64,000 nucleotides of DNA from NCBI RefSeq assembly GCF_006345805.1, contig NC_043015.1, positions 2,108,001 through 2,172,000 of the forward strand, read 5' to 3'. The notes beneath the pieces were generated by a model. It was not told the origin of the DNA and did no database searches. It saw only the letters and a program-made list of their open reading frames with translations. The stretch is from Octopus sinensis (lineage: Eukaryota). How positions within the stretch are numbered: the first letter of the stretch is position 1; each line of letters starts with the position of its first letter. Positions 1-12,049 of the stretch are shown piece by piece. The position numbers and the translations under genes are program-made.

Positions 1-914
1 TCTGGAGATAATTATATTATGCGCATAATAAAAATTCTTGCGAAAATTCAAATGTAATCATTTATGATCCCCAGAAATCTAAGCTATGTATATTACCAAC
101 TAAGTAGCGATATTGAATTCTCGGAAAACTTCTTGTATAAAATTTGGCGTATCCTGACGGTGAAGTTGTTGATGGGAACGAGAATCAGTACAGTGCCTAG
201 GAAATCTGATTTAGTTATTTGGGGTACTTGTTGTTGCCCTGTGTTTGACGATGAATTTAATCCTTCCAGATTATATAAAAGAAATAGTCGTATTATTTCA
301 TAGGAGAGAGAAACTACAACATCCTTTTCCCGATTACAACACACATTGCGCTCTGCCTCCATTTACATTAGGCTTTAGAGTAACCCCGTAATATATTGGA
401 AACATATTGGCTTGTTGTTACATCAGTTTTACTATAAAATCTAATGCAGAACTGTTCTACGAGAGAATCAGCATGAAAAAAACCCCACTAATATCGTTGC
501 TTATGAAATAATTTTGCAATTATTGTTAAGTATAACGATAAAAGTGTATTCGATTTTAGCTATGTAAATATGGAGGAGGTGTGTTCGTTATTTACGCCTA
601 AATAAGTAGTTAAATGATGATCTAAACTGGAATTAAAACACAGGGATAGCAAGGAAGCTAGAATAAGTGATCAAGTTTATACTTTCTATATGCATGGATC
701 TACAGGATGACTGCGGACTATACAGGAGCATAGAATCAACAAAAACTCTCTACAAAAGCATGTTAAACAGTAGCTGCAATAGCAACATCGTAAACTCCCA
801 ACGCTGCTCGGCAAATGATAAAGACTAAAACAATAATTAAGAGAGTGGCTCTTATTGCTGTTGTTACAACTCCGCTGCTCGCCAGCTCTATTCGAATAGA
901 TAAGCGATTAAAGA

Positions 915-953
915 AAGTACAAGTGGCACCACTCCATACCGTTCTTTTATATA
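915..953 (-). promoter_or_regulatory. Candidate Pol II core promoter (TATA box plus Inr-like element), pointing out of the left edge of the window
   Basis: Minus strand TATATAAAAG at 953-944, then CCACTT with its A at 924 (29 nt from the first T). It sits in unique, repeat-free, CpG-containing sequence (~690-1030). Motif evidence only. Confidence 0.3.
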
Positions 954-1444
954 AATGTTGAATCACATTTCCCTCTTATGTTCTACAATTGTATACATCG
1001 CTTGTATCATACCATGCCGCGTTTCAATTTTTAGCTAAAGACAGTAGGGAAAATTAACGGAATCTAATCGTTAAAGATTATAGATAAAGAAACAAAATTA
1101 CAGGTAGAGCAATAAATTTAAGACACCTTTATTAGATTTGCAATACATTCAAAACACGTCTATATTTGGGATTTTCTTTTAACGAATTTAACAAAAAAAA
1201 AAAGAGAAAAGAAATGAAACAGTAACAGGTTTAGGGCAGGAACTAAGCATGGCTGCTCTTCCATAAAATAAACTCCCAAAAAGCAGAGGAATAGCTGAGA
1301 AAATTCGTGCATGAAAAACAGTGACCTCATATGTTGAGAGTCAATGAACTGGTGCATTCATGTACCCTTCCTGCGTGTTGGCAGCAAGACGACCGTGTAA
1401 CGAGCGGAAGGTTACAATTCCACAACAAGAGGTTAACAGATACA

Positions 1445-2046
1445 AAGGCGTCGAGCTGGCAGAATCGTTAGCACGCCGGGCGAAATGCTTAGCTGTATTT
1501 CGTCTGCCGCTACGTTCTGAGTTCAAATTCCGCCGAGGTGGACTTTGCCTTTCATTCTTTCGGGGTCGAGTAAATAAGTACCAGTTACGCACTGGGATCG
1601 ATATAATCGACTTAATCCGTTTGTCTGTCCTTGCTTGTCCTCTCTTTGTTTAGCCCCTTGTGGGTAGTAAAGAAATAGGTATTTCGTCTGCCGTTACGTT
1701 CTGAGTTCAAATTCCGCCGAGGTCGACTTTGCCTTTCATTCTTTCGGGGTCGAGTAAATAAGTACCAGTTACGCACTGGAATCGATATAATCGACTTAAT
1801 CCGTTTGTATGTCCTTGTTTGTCCTCTCTGTGTGTAGCCCCTTGTGGGTAGTAAAGAAATAGGTATTTCGTCTGCCGTTACGTTCTGAATTCAAATTCCG
1901 CCGAGGTCGACTTTGCCTTTCATCCCTTCGTGGTCAATAAATTAAGTACCAGTTAGGCAGTGGGTCGATGTAATTCACTTAATCCGTGTTTCTGTCCTTG
2001 TTTGTCCCCTCTATGTTTAGCCCCTCGTGGGCAATAAAGAAATAAG
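1445..2046 (+). mobile_element. tRNA-derived SINE (family A here): one head plus three tandem 184-bp units, with 18-bp TSD
   Basis: Head GAGCTGGCAGAATCGTTAGC (A-box-like) and B-box-like GAGTTCAAATTCC. The unit start GTATTTCGTCTGCCG recurs at 1495, 1679 and 1863. AAGAGGTTAACAGATACA flanks the element at 1427-1444 and 2047-2064. Confidence 0.9.
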
Positions 2047-2099
2047 AAGAGGTTAACAGATACACCAGTTCGGTCAGATATGAAATACAGCACGGTATG

Positions 2100-2450
2100 A
2101 CGTTAAGGTAGTGATATATTTTGGACGTCACGTAAGAATTCTCTTGGATAAATATTTAGCTTGTCCCATTTCTGTTTGATATTGACATAACCGTTCATTT
2201 TGTACGAGTTCATGCCTGAAGATCTAGAACAAGCCAGACGCGAGCAATTCAGCAGGCCTACCCTGAAGCTGCCGGATAGCATAGGTATATACTGCCATTT
2301 ACTTAGCTCCTTTCTTACTACTTGCCAGGTTAATTTTAAGGTCCCATTCCTGCCCCACACTCTCACAGAATGGTCCCAATATGGCACAGTTTACATTCAG
2401 AATCTCTATGTAAACTGTGCGACGAAAGGGAGCGGGAAACTCTGAGCAGT
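2100..2450 (-). mobile_element. Decayed Penelope-like GIY-YIG C-terminal fragment
   Basis: Minus-strand LKLTWQVVRKE..YIPMLSGSFRVGL resembles the ITWKI....Y.P.SGRCNLCL tail of PLE endonucleases. Degenerate. Confidence 0.35.
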
Positions 2451-3227
2451 AGCTGTTTTTTTGTGATAATGTTGTGATGTTTTTGTATCTTTAATAATGA
2501 GAAAACATATTACTTTACATCCGGTATTCGAGTACTACTTCTTCCCATCCAAGTGTAAGAACGAAAGAAGCTTCGAAGAGTCTCTAGAAAGTATAAAAGC
2601 GAAGTAATTGATGTCCGCATGCCATTTTGTGAATACCGTACGCATATACGGATAATAGTTTTCTGCATTTCAGATCCTGCATGATGCACCCAAGTACCTC
2701 TCTTGTGCACAGAGTATTTAAAAAAAAAACTATGGAAGCAAAATGGTTACGACATGGTATTTTTAACTTTTCATCCGTTACACTTAATATTCAGTGATTT
2801 CCTGCTTTCTTTTGTGAAAATATTTCCTTGTAACCATACATCTTTAAAACTTGCACGCACAACAAAATAGGATATAATTTTTAAAAAAAGAAGTCGCTTT
2901 ATATTAAAACAGATCATGGAATTATCCTAAGTTATCACCGTTGCGGAAATCGAAGTTATTAAGACAAAAGAAGATTATATAAAAATATCCTGTCTAACAC
3001 TGAAATATTGCTAATATGATTACACATTTTCACAGAATTCATTCTATATGAAGGCTTTTATCATCTGTGAAGGAAATGATTATATTACTTTAATCTGTGT
3101 CTGTATATGCATATATATATATATATATATTACTTTAGATTACGATTGCGCTTTATTAAAAATAGAATTCCATTCATACAAGAGCATGAGTGGTATATCG
3201 CCACTATCAATATATTTACCTCAGTAA

Positions 3228-3618
3228 AGGCAACGGGCAGGCATATACGTTAGCAAACCGGGCGAAATGCATAGCGGTATTTCGTCTGCAGCTACGTTCT
3301 GAGTTCAAATTCCGCCGAGGTCGACTTTGCCTTCCATCCTTTTGGGGTCGACTAAATAAGTACCCGTTACCCACTGGGGTCGATATAATCGACTTAATAC
3401 CTATGTATGTTTTTGTTTGTCCTCTCTGTGTTTAGCCCCTTGTGGGTAGTAAAGAAATAGGTATTTCGCCTGTCTTTACATTCCGAGTTCAAATTCGACT
3501 TTACCTTTTATCCTTTCGGCGTCGGTGAATTAAGTACCAGTTGCGTACTGAATCGTTCTCAATGATTGGCCCCCTCCCCACTAAATTTCGGGGCTTGTCC
3601 CTACAGTAGAAAAGAATA
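3228..3618 (+). mobile_element. SINE family A (head, unit, partial second unit and tail)
   Basis: Same body as 1445-2046 (GAGTTCAAATTCCGCCGAGGTCGACTTTGCC). Ends AAATTTCGGGGCTTGTCCCTACAGTAGAAAAGAAT. Confidence 0.85.
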
Positions 3619-3699
3619 TCACTATCAATTAAACTCTATTAGAGTCAATGCAAAGATATATTTAGTTTGATCCTTAGCTCATAAAACATCTTATGTGTA

Positions 3700-3760
3700 T
3701 GTAGTTATCTATTTGTCTATAATTCTCTATCTTTTTATCTGCCTATCTATCCATCTATCC

Positions 3761-3802
<42 letters not shown>

Positions 3803-3803
3803 A

Positions 3804-3861
<58 letters not shown>

Positions 3862-3866
3862 ACTAT

Positions 3867-3937
<71 letters not shown>

Positions 3938-3997
3938 CCTATCTATCTATCCATCTCTCTCTCTCTCTATCTATCTATCCATCTATCTATGAATCTA

Positions 3998-4058
<61 letters not shown>

Positions 4059-4144
4059 ATGTCTGTCTTTCTGTCTATCTATCAATCTATCAATCAACCT
4101 ATCTATCTATCTGTCTATCTATTTATCTATCTATATATATATGC

Positions 4145-4227
<83 letters not shown>

Positions 4228-4260
4228 CCTATCTATCTATCAACCTCTCTCTTTGTCTCT
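3700..4260. repeat. (TATC)n microsatellite
   Basis: Direct reading; explains the IYLS-repeat ORFs. Confidence 0.95.
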
Positions 4261-4429
4261 ATTTGTCTGTATGTCTTTCTGTCTATCTATGTCACTTGGA
4301 TATACTTGTTGGTTATTTTGCTTATTTTGGTTATAATCATCCCATTTGATTTATATGGATAACGCCATACAAAATTCTGGTGCCTTTAACTTAAGTACCA
4401 TGTTCATCTGAATCTAAATTTTGCTGAAA

Positions 4430-4465
4430 GTATATATATTATATATATATATATTATATATATAT

Positions 4466-4496
<31 letters not shown>

Positions 4497-4620
4497 TGTG
4501 TGTGTGTGTGTGTGTGGTGTGTGTGTGTGTGTGTGTGTGCGCGTGCGTTTATGTGCGAGTGTATGCGTGTGTGTGTGTGTGTTTGTGTCTGTTAGTATAC
4601 ACGCATGAATGTGTGTGTAT
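4430..4620. repeat. (TA)n(TG)n compound microsatellite
   Basis: Direct reading. Confidence 0.95.
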
Positions 4621-6171
4621 ACGCTGACACGATGTCCCTCGTGTGCTGCAAAGGGATAAAAAGTTTTGTAATTCACCGACACACCAAAATTCCATTTGTT
4701 CAGAGACAATTTATACGCCCACTTCTTCGCTTTAAAGAAATAATGTGCTTCAAATCGAAGCAATATGACTTTATGAAAGCTATAACGGAAGAGGCTTACA
4801 TGATGCGAATTATCCACTTGAGGGGGCAATCTATTTAAGAAAGATGACTCCATCAGAATGATGATAAGCAGAGATGAATGATGAATATTATAGGAGTAGT
4901 AACTCTCATTGAAGAAATACAACATAGATGTATACCGTCAAATGCAATTTATGACGTGAAGGGCCATCGAATGGCTGAACTCCTTAAGTTGGACGAAGGC
5001 GTCTCATATTGGGAGATTGTAATAGATTTAGACTCTGGGTTTACGGAATAATTTGAGATTGCCTGGGTATTGGAAATTATATGAAAATCGTTCCCATAGT
5101 TCTTGACATCCAGCTTGAACGAAAGTAGAGTCTTGTCTACTTGAAGCATATGGTAAATCTGAGAATATGCTTCTTCGATCTGTTGACTCGCTAAGTAATG
5201 TAATCGTATTTACCATACCGTGACCTAAATATTTGTCCCTGCAGTAGTTTCACACGTTTTACTACAAAGCCTAAGAACAAAGAAACGGCATAGAATGCCA
5301 CGGCAACTATTTATTATGAAGTCAGGGCGCAATGTTCCTAATTTTCTGAAAGATGGTTATCTAATATGGCACATACGAAGTAGAAATGGCAGGAATAAAT
5401 TGGTTTCAACTATGTACACTTAAACTTCGTTAGCTGGGTTCACAATAGTGTAAATGCATTGCTTGTCAGATATACTTTCTCACTCAGTCACAGCTCCAGG
5501 ATGGTGTTTATACCCTTTGTCAGCGGTTTTGATTTTATTATGTCGACATATTGCCCAGTGTAAATACTGGCCGCTGTCATGTCTTGCTTTATATACTACA
5601 GTGCAAATACATTGCATGTGAGCAGCATATAAATATTACGAAGGAGTTAAACTACCATATGCCAAATTCTGCATCTTTTTCAATACAGCCTTCCTCATTG
5701 TGTGTATGTGTGTATGTGTGTGAGTTTGTGTGCGTGTGAGTGTGTGTGTGTGTGCAAACTAATGTATCTACTTTATATACATACATTTAAAAAGATACCA
5801 ATCTGTTGTTATGAATCCAGTACGATGTTTTACTACACATTGTGGCAATGACAATTAAGAGAGCTCTGTATATCTTAAACAATTTATCTACTTGAGACGA
5901 TACCGTTATATCTCATTTTAGTTTGGTATGTGCATTGCAGCAGAAATGGTTTATTCGTTTGTAAATTGTGTGATTGCAATGGTTTAGAATTAGAAAATCG
6001 TTTAGAGGAAGTAGATATCGAAACGAGTTGTTATCCTATAAAGTATTTTGTAAGAAAGGATATTTGGAGTGAATAAACACTACACATATGTGTGTGTATG
6101 TATGCATACATGTATATTTTTGTCTGTCTATATATGTATGTATATATATATATATATTTATGTATATAATA

Positions 6172-6273
<102 letters not shown>

Positions 6274-6361
6274 TATTAGAGACAAAACCACTATTTTGCA
6301 AAACAAACAAGGAAAGACCTAATCAATACATAAAATTTTAATAAATAGTCAAAAAAAACCG

Positions 6362-6405
6362 CCACTACAATCGTTTCCTTGTCTTGATCGACAATCTTCA
6401 GGTGG
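6362..6405 (-). ncRNA. Antisense copy of the same minimal hammerhead (one extra G before GAAAC)
   Basis: Reverse complement reads CCAC-CUGAAGA-UUGUC-gaucaa-GACAA-G-GAAAC-gauu-GUA-GUGG. Confidence 0.6.
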
Positions 6406-6466
6406 ACTTCCAATAAGTCAGTTTCAAATTATGAAGACTTCTTAATTTGAAACTGACTTATGAAGT

Positions 6467-6509
6467 CCACCTGAAGATTGTCGATCAAGACAAGAAACGA
6501 TTGTAGTGG
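6467..6509 (+). ncRNA. Minimal type I hammerhead ribozyme
   Basis: CCAC-CUGAAGA-UUGUC-gaucaa-GACAA-GAAAC-gauu-GUA-GUGG. Stem I CCAC/GUGG, stem II 5 bp, self-complementary stem III/loop ACGAUUGU. Predicted cut after A6505. Confidence 0.75.
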
Positions 6510-6688
6510 CGGTTTTTTTGACTATTTATTAAAATTTTATGTATTGATTAAGTCTTTCCTTGTTTGTTTTGCAAAATAGTGGTTTTGTCTCTAATAATAT
6601 TTTATAATATTTTACTATAAAATTGGATTTAATCCTAAATCTGATTTTTTTCCCTGTAATTTTGGATTTATTCCCTAATATTTATTAT

Positions 6689-6736
<48 letters not shown>

Positions 6737-6821
6737 TGTTGTGCTGGGGAAGTCATTCTCTTTTAGAGTGCCTTATTATTTAATACACTCACCAAAAACA
6801 AAAACGAAATGTATATATATA

Positions 6822-7225
6822 GGCGCAGGAGTGGCTGTGTGGTAAGTAGCTGGCTAACCAGCCACATGGTCACGGGTTCAGTCCCACTGCGTGGCATCTT
6901 GGGCAAGTGTCTTCTGCTATAGCCCCGCGCCGACCAATGCCTTTTGAGTAGATTTGGTAGACGGAAACTGAAAGAAGCCTGTCGTATATATGTATATATA
7001 TGTGTGTGTGTATATGTCTGTGTGCCTGTGTTTGTCCCCCCTAGCATTGCTTGACAACCGATGCTGGTGTGTTTTCGTCCCGCCACTTAGCGGTTCCGCA
7101 AAAGAGAACGATAGAATAAGTACTGAGCTTACAAAGAATAAGTCCCGGGGTCGATTTGCTCGAATAAAGGCGGTGCTCCAGCATGCCCGCAGTCAAATGA
7201 CTGAAACAAGTAAAAGAGTAAAAGA

Positions 7226-7227
<2 letters not shown>
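6822..7227 (+). mobile_element. tRNA-derived SINE family B (full length, internal TA/TG microsatellite)
   Basis: Head GGCGCAGGAGTGGCTGTGTGGTAAG...GGGTTCAGTCCC. 3' end GGTGCTCCAGCATG.CCGCAGTCAAATGACTGAAAC followed by an (AGTAAAAG)n tail. Confidence 0.9.
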
Positions 7228-7309
<82 letters not shown>

Positions 7310-8122
7310 ATGTTTGTTTTTATGCAATCGTCTGTGTGCGTTTCGCTTTTTTTTCCAAATTGTGCACCTGTACGTTTGGTGATACTGGTCAAATCCTGCG
7401 TTAAATAAAAACAAAAACCCCCCGTCTTCGACACACGTTTGCAGAATAATAAGCAAATTCTTTGCTGTCTGTAAATTTGGCATTAGTTCCATTAATACTT
7501 ATCGTAATGCTGAAGGTGGTGACATTTTAATGTACTGTATGTTACCCAGTTTGTTATGAATGTAGTTGTAGTTGGTGTTCAATATTGGTCTGAGGATCCG
7601 GATTTCACTGAGTTGCAATGAATCAGCCCAAATCTGTAGAAGAAATATCACGCCAAGATAACACGAAAAATATCGAACTAGAGACATAACATTTTGGAAT
7701 CAAACGTCTTAACCATTCGGTCATACTTCCCTCACAAAACAAAAACTAAATTACATCAAATGCATACAAATAAAACATTTATTTCTTTCCGCTATTTGTT
7801 CTTAACTCACATTGTATACTTATTTTATTTTAATTTGCGATTCTTTTTATGTGAAGAATTTTAAGAAAGCACAGGAGAATACATTATAAATTCTCAGTAT
7901 ATAAGTTGTTTCTTAAAAGAAAGTTTAAGTTATTCGTAAACTCCTAAGCTGTAATAAATTTCAGTCTTGAGAACGGCGTTATTTTATTTGTTTTAGTGTA
8001 TCGAGAAGTACAATATATAATGTATTACTTTACGGTTAACATCAGTTCAGTAATTTTAGTAATGGATGCTATTTCTTGCACATAGATACGTTTTGTAAAG
8101 AAATCTGATCTGTTCCACAGGG

Positions 8123-8194
<72 letters not shown>

Positions 8195-8200
<6 letters not shown>

Positions 8201-8495
8201 CTAGCAGTATCGCCCGGCGTTTCTCGGGTTTGTAAGGGAAATACTATATAAGCATTTTAGAGAGTTACAATAGCCCAAAATAGCAAAAAATGCATTAGAA
8301 ATGGAAAAAAAATGATGGTAATTTTTTTTTTTTTAATCGTTGACTCATCATAGACGCGCGCTAATACGCAGAAGGGCTCGATATGAATCACGACTATAAG
8401 ATACCCGGTTTTGGTTAAACTGCACCGCAAAATGTGGGAGTAGTTAGGAATCTAAATCGTAGGAGACAGACACACAACTTGACTTTTATATATAA
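8195..8495 (+). mobile_element. Non-autonomous Helentron/DINE-like element
   Basis: Starts TATACTAGCAGTATCGCCCGGCGTTTCTCGGG (subterminal CCCG/CGGG hairpin), ends GACTTTTATATATA, inserted in (TA)n. This architecture is typical of DINE-1/HINE elements. Confidence 0.55.
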
Positions 8496-8515
8496 ATATA
8501 TATATATATATATAT

Positions 8516-8892
8516 ACTGTCTATACCTCGTTCAGAGATTTATTATTGCTTATATACACCTTTTCAAGATCAGTGACGAAAAATCACTGGAAAAGAATAT
8601 AAATATTTGCATTGCGGCCCTTCCATCGAAAACCGGTGATTGTCGTTCGCTTATAACGGATCAATGCTCAGAAACCGCAGTCCGTGTGTTGACGAGGGAA
8701 GGATAACCTCCCTTTGTAAATACCGATTGGTCACAGAAAGTGTGTCAATAGCTAGCTGGATAAGATGTTCTCCTGGGGCTACAAGCTACAGTAACATCCA
8801 CCCTTTAGTGGTTAGCCCTATTGAGATTGCAAATATACTTCACATTATCGTGCAGTTACTGTCTATACCTCGTTCAGAGATTTATTATTGCT
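8516..8892 (+). mobile_element. Terminally redundant 342-bp non-coding unit (35-bp direct repeat) with a decayed hammerhead; PLE/retrozyme-like
   Basis: ACTGTCTATACCTCGTTCAGAGATTTATTATTGCT at 8516-8550 and 8858-8892, with (TA)n on both sides. GCTC-A-GAAAC-cgca-GUC at 8666-8682; CUGAUGA core disrupted. Confidence 0.55.
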
Positions 8893-11076
8893 CATATATA
8901 TATATATATATATATCCTGATTCTGTGCTGCGTGTGTTGTTTAAATGAATACACATGATAAGAAATCATGGCGGGATTAAATATGATTGTAGCACAACAC
9001 GTAGTGCAACGTTTAATCTCTTCAGAAATTTGAAACTGTTAACGGAGCTAAGAGATTCAACGTGTAATCCCAATACATAGGATCTTTGGTAAATGTGTTT
9101 TACTCAACCTGAGTTGACACAGGTGGGAACCGTTTAGATGTTTTTGGAATAGACGTGTCTACTACTCAAAAGCTTAATGTGTCATTGAAAAAATTAATTA
9201 CGGGCTTTCCGAGTAATAAGATTCTAAACTGTTAATGTACAATTTATTGTAGGATACTCAGACTAGTACAAATTGATACAAAGAAAAAAACCATTCCGTT
9301 GGTTAAGTATTTAAAATACTCATGGTCAAACTTGATGTTGATTCAACCATGGGAAACTAAAACCTTGGATCGGAAGAAATTGGAGTCGATAGCAAATATA
9401 ATTTGGTAACGTTCAAATATTTGAGTTATGTAGTAGAGACCGGTGAGGCGAATCTAATGATTGTCGAAGTGGAAACATGTTGGGGATTCTGTTAACACTA
9501 GACATTTCACTTAAAAGATTTGTGTAAATTAAAACATTTGCCTGAACATTTAATGTCTTCTTTGTTTATTCTATGAGATATTTTAAAGCAAATGTAAATT
9601 GATTTACGAATCTGAATTCGAAATAGTTGGAAGACTATTATACTTCGAGGTAGCAAGTTGGTCGAAATACTAGTAAAGAAATTAGAATTAAAGAAAATAA
9701 AAAAGGCAATTTTCTCATTGAAGAATATTGTCCAAATCTAGTGAGATGGCGCGATGAAATGTTCTTTATTGGATCAAGTTTACGTAGAAATTCCATATCA
9801 AACATGTAATTACTACGGAATATATAATTCAAAATACCTTCAGAAGAATGGAATAAATGAAACGAATGGACACTACTTGAGACAGGATCTAAAAATGATT
9901 TTTTCTTTAGTTTCAGCTCAGAGAAGTGGCCATGCTGATGCACCGCCGTTTTGCTACTCGTTTATTACTAAGAGCCTCCGCTAATATGTGGTACTTGCTG
10001 AAGCATGTAGTTTGATATAGCTACCCCCATTTGCACCTTTTGCCGTGTGGTAGGTTCATCTGGGACTCTCAACAGGAAGAGGTCCAGTTTTGATTTAAAA
10101 AATCCCTACATCTACTTTGTGCAAGTTCCTCAGACTCTTTGGGAAAATATTAAAAAGCTGTGGGCCCTTGTAACCCAGGCTGTTTCAGTAACTTGTCCTG
10201 ACGCGTGATGGCATTGTTGGGACCTTTGGCACTATGCATCCGGAGAAGGAGGGAAACAGAAACGCAAAAACATAACAAAAGAAAACGAAGATAGAAAGGG
10301 AGGCCCAAAGAGAAAGTCAGAAATGTTAAACACAAACGATAGAATATATAAAATGAAGCCAAAAGAAATATGACGTGAGTTATGAATAATTTTGAAATAT
10401 TTTATTTGATAACATTAACAGGGATTTGCATTAGAATAGCTGTCGGAGAATCAATGGCTCTGGGACACTTTTGAACCTTCCCGGTATGCTGCATCGTTTT
10501 CGATTATTTAGAAATTATTTTCAACTTAAAGTAAATTTATCTAATTTCCTAACATATTAGTCACGCGTATCCATGGAGTTCTAATAACATTATTAAAGTA
10601 GGGGAAATATAATATTAACACATGCTGAAGAAACATCAGGATATTCAAAATATTTCAGCATCCATTTTGTATACTGTAGATGCATTGAAGTAATAAAAAT
10701 CAATAATATCAAGAGAAAATTTTCCTTCATCAGATATTAAAAGCGGTAGGTAAAAATAAATAATTTTAAATATAGCAAAAACAAAAGTTATACGGTAATA
10801 TCTTAAGTGGATATTTCTGTGCTATACAAAATATATCTGTATTAGAAATACTATGTCATATATCAGCTCTGAAAAGTGTGGCTTGGGAAACGTTGCAAAA
10901 TGCCTGAAAAAAAAGAAAAAAGTGGGGTATTGTACATTAAAAAGGATGGAAAGAATGAAGAATGAATAGCGAACAAGATATGGTTTAATATAACATAAAG
11001 TAAGGAATGAAAGTAGTTTTGAAAATGACATAATATATCGTATACAGTAGTAACTTGGCACATAATTTATACATAT

Positions 11077-11117
<41 letters not shown>

Positions 11118-11344
11118 CGTATATTTATATATGCATGTATATATATACATGTATTTGTATACACTAACACGCACACTCATATATATATATATATATATAT
11201 GTGTGTTCGTGTATATATATATATATATACATACTACAGAGAAAGATAGAATGACATGTATGGAGGTAGAGAGGGAGAGAAATGGGGAGTGATAGACAGA
11301 TAATAAACAAATAAACTCGCTTGTGTTTATTTAGATGGAAATAC

Positions 11345-11391
<47 letters not shown>

Positions 11392-11401
<10 letters not shown>

Positions 11402-11640
11402 TATTAGAGACAAAACCACTATTTTGCAAAACAAACAAGGAAAGACTTAATCAATACATAAAATTTTAATAAATACTCAATATTAAAATTTTATGTATTG
11501 ATTAAGTCTTTCCTTGTTTGTTTTGCAAAATAGTGGTTTTGTCTCTAATAATATTTTATAATATTTTACTATAAAATTGGATTTAATCCTAAATCTGATT
11601 TTTTCCCTGTAAATTTGGATTTATTCCCTATATTTATTAT
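11392..11640. mobile_element. Second copy of the Penelope-like fold-back (80-bp arms, loop AATACTCAA at 11472-11480)
   Basis: Same outer boundary (TATAAAATATTATTAGAGAC) and same ~80-bp tail as 6264-6690, but a different inversion point. Lacks the HHR. Flanked by (TA)n. Confidence 0.8.
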
Positions 11641-11651
11641 TATATATATAT

Positions 11652-11749
<98 letters not shown>

Positions 11750-12049
11750 AACAAAAGCTAAAAATATACAGAATGTTCGAGTATTAGCACAACGTTATTT
11801 ATATAGTTACAGTACAGATTTACATATAGTACAACAAATACAGAAGACTAGGAATAGAGGACAAGTTGTTTCAGTAATCTAAACCTGGACAGGCCAGTTT
11901 TCTGTTAGAATCATGCGAAGTCGAATCAAATGGTTAAAATAATAATGTAACTCCTACTGGATGCTCTGACTGCCTATATTATTATTATCATATATTATTC
12001 CTATCATATTTTATAAATGCTACGGACACGAATGAAATCCTGAATAATC

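Noticed and set aside
64-362. ORFs at the window start; NGGRAQCVL faintly recalls a BED/hAT transposase N-terminus
   Set aside because: Too short and stop-ridden to support a call.
1341-1653. Recurrent similar ORFs (RSEFKFRRGR.., RNLNSER..) here and at 3190, 31177, 31445 and 32595
   Set aside because: They are reading frames through SINE family A, not a gene family.
3989-4925. ORFs rich in IYLS, YI, CV or HT repeats (also at 6031-6341, 15563-17807, 19619-20039, 41280-42046, 45163-46994, 60379-61475)
   Set aside because: They are translations of (TATC)n, (TA)n and (TG)n microsatellites.
4660-5220. Unique block with an ~85-codon open minus frame
   Set aside because: No recognisable motif or convincing splice-site pair.
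6822-6900. tRNA-like A/B boxes at SINE heads
   Set aside because: No complete cloverleaf and each continues into a SINE body, so no true tRNA genes are called.
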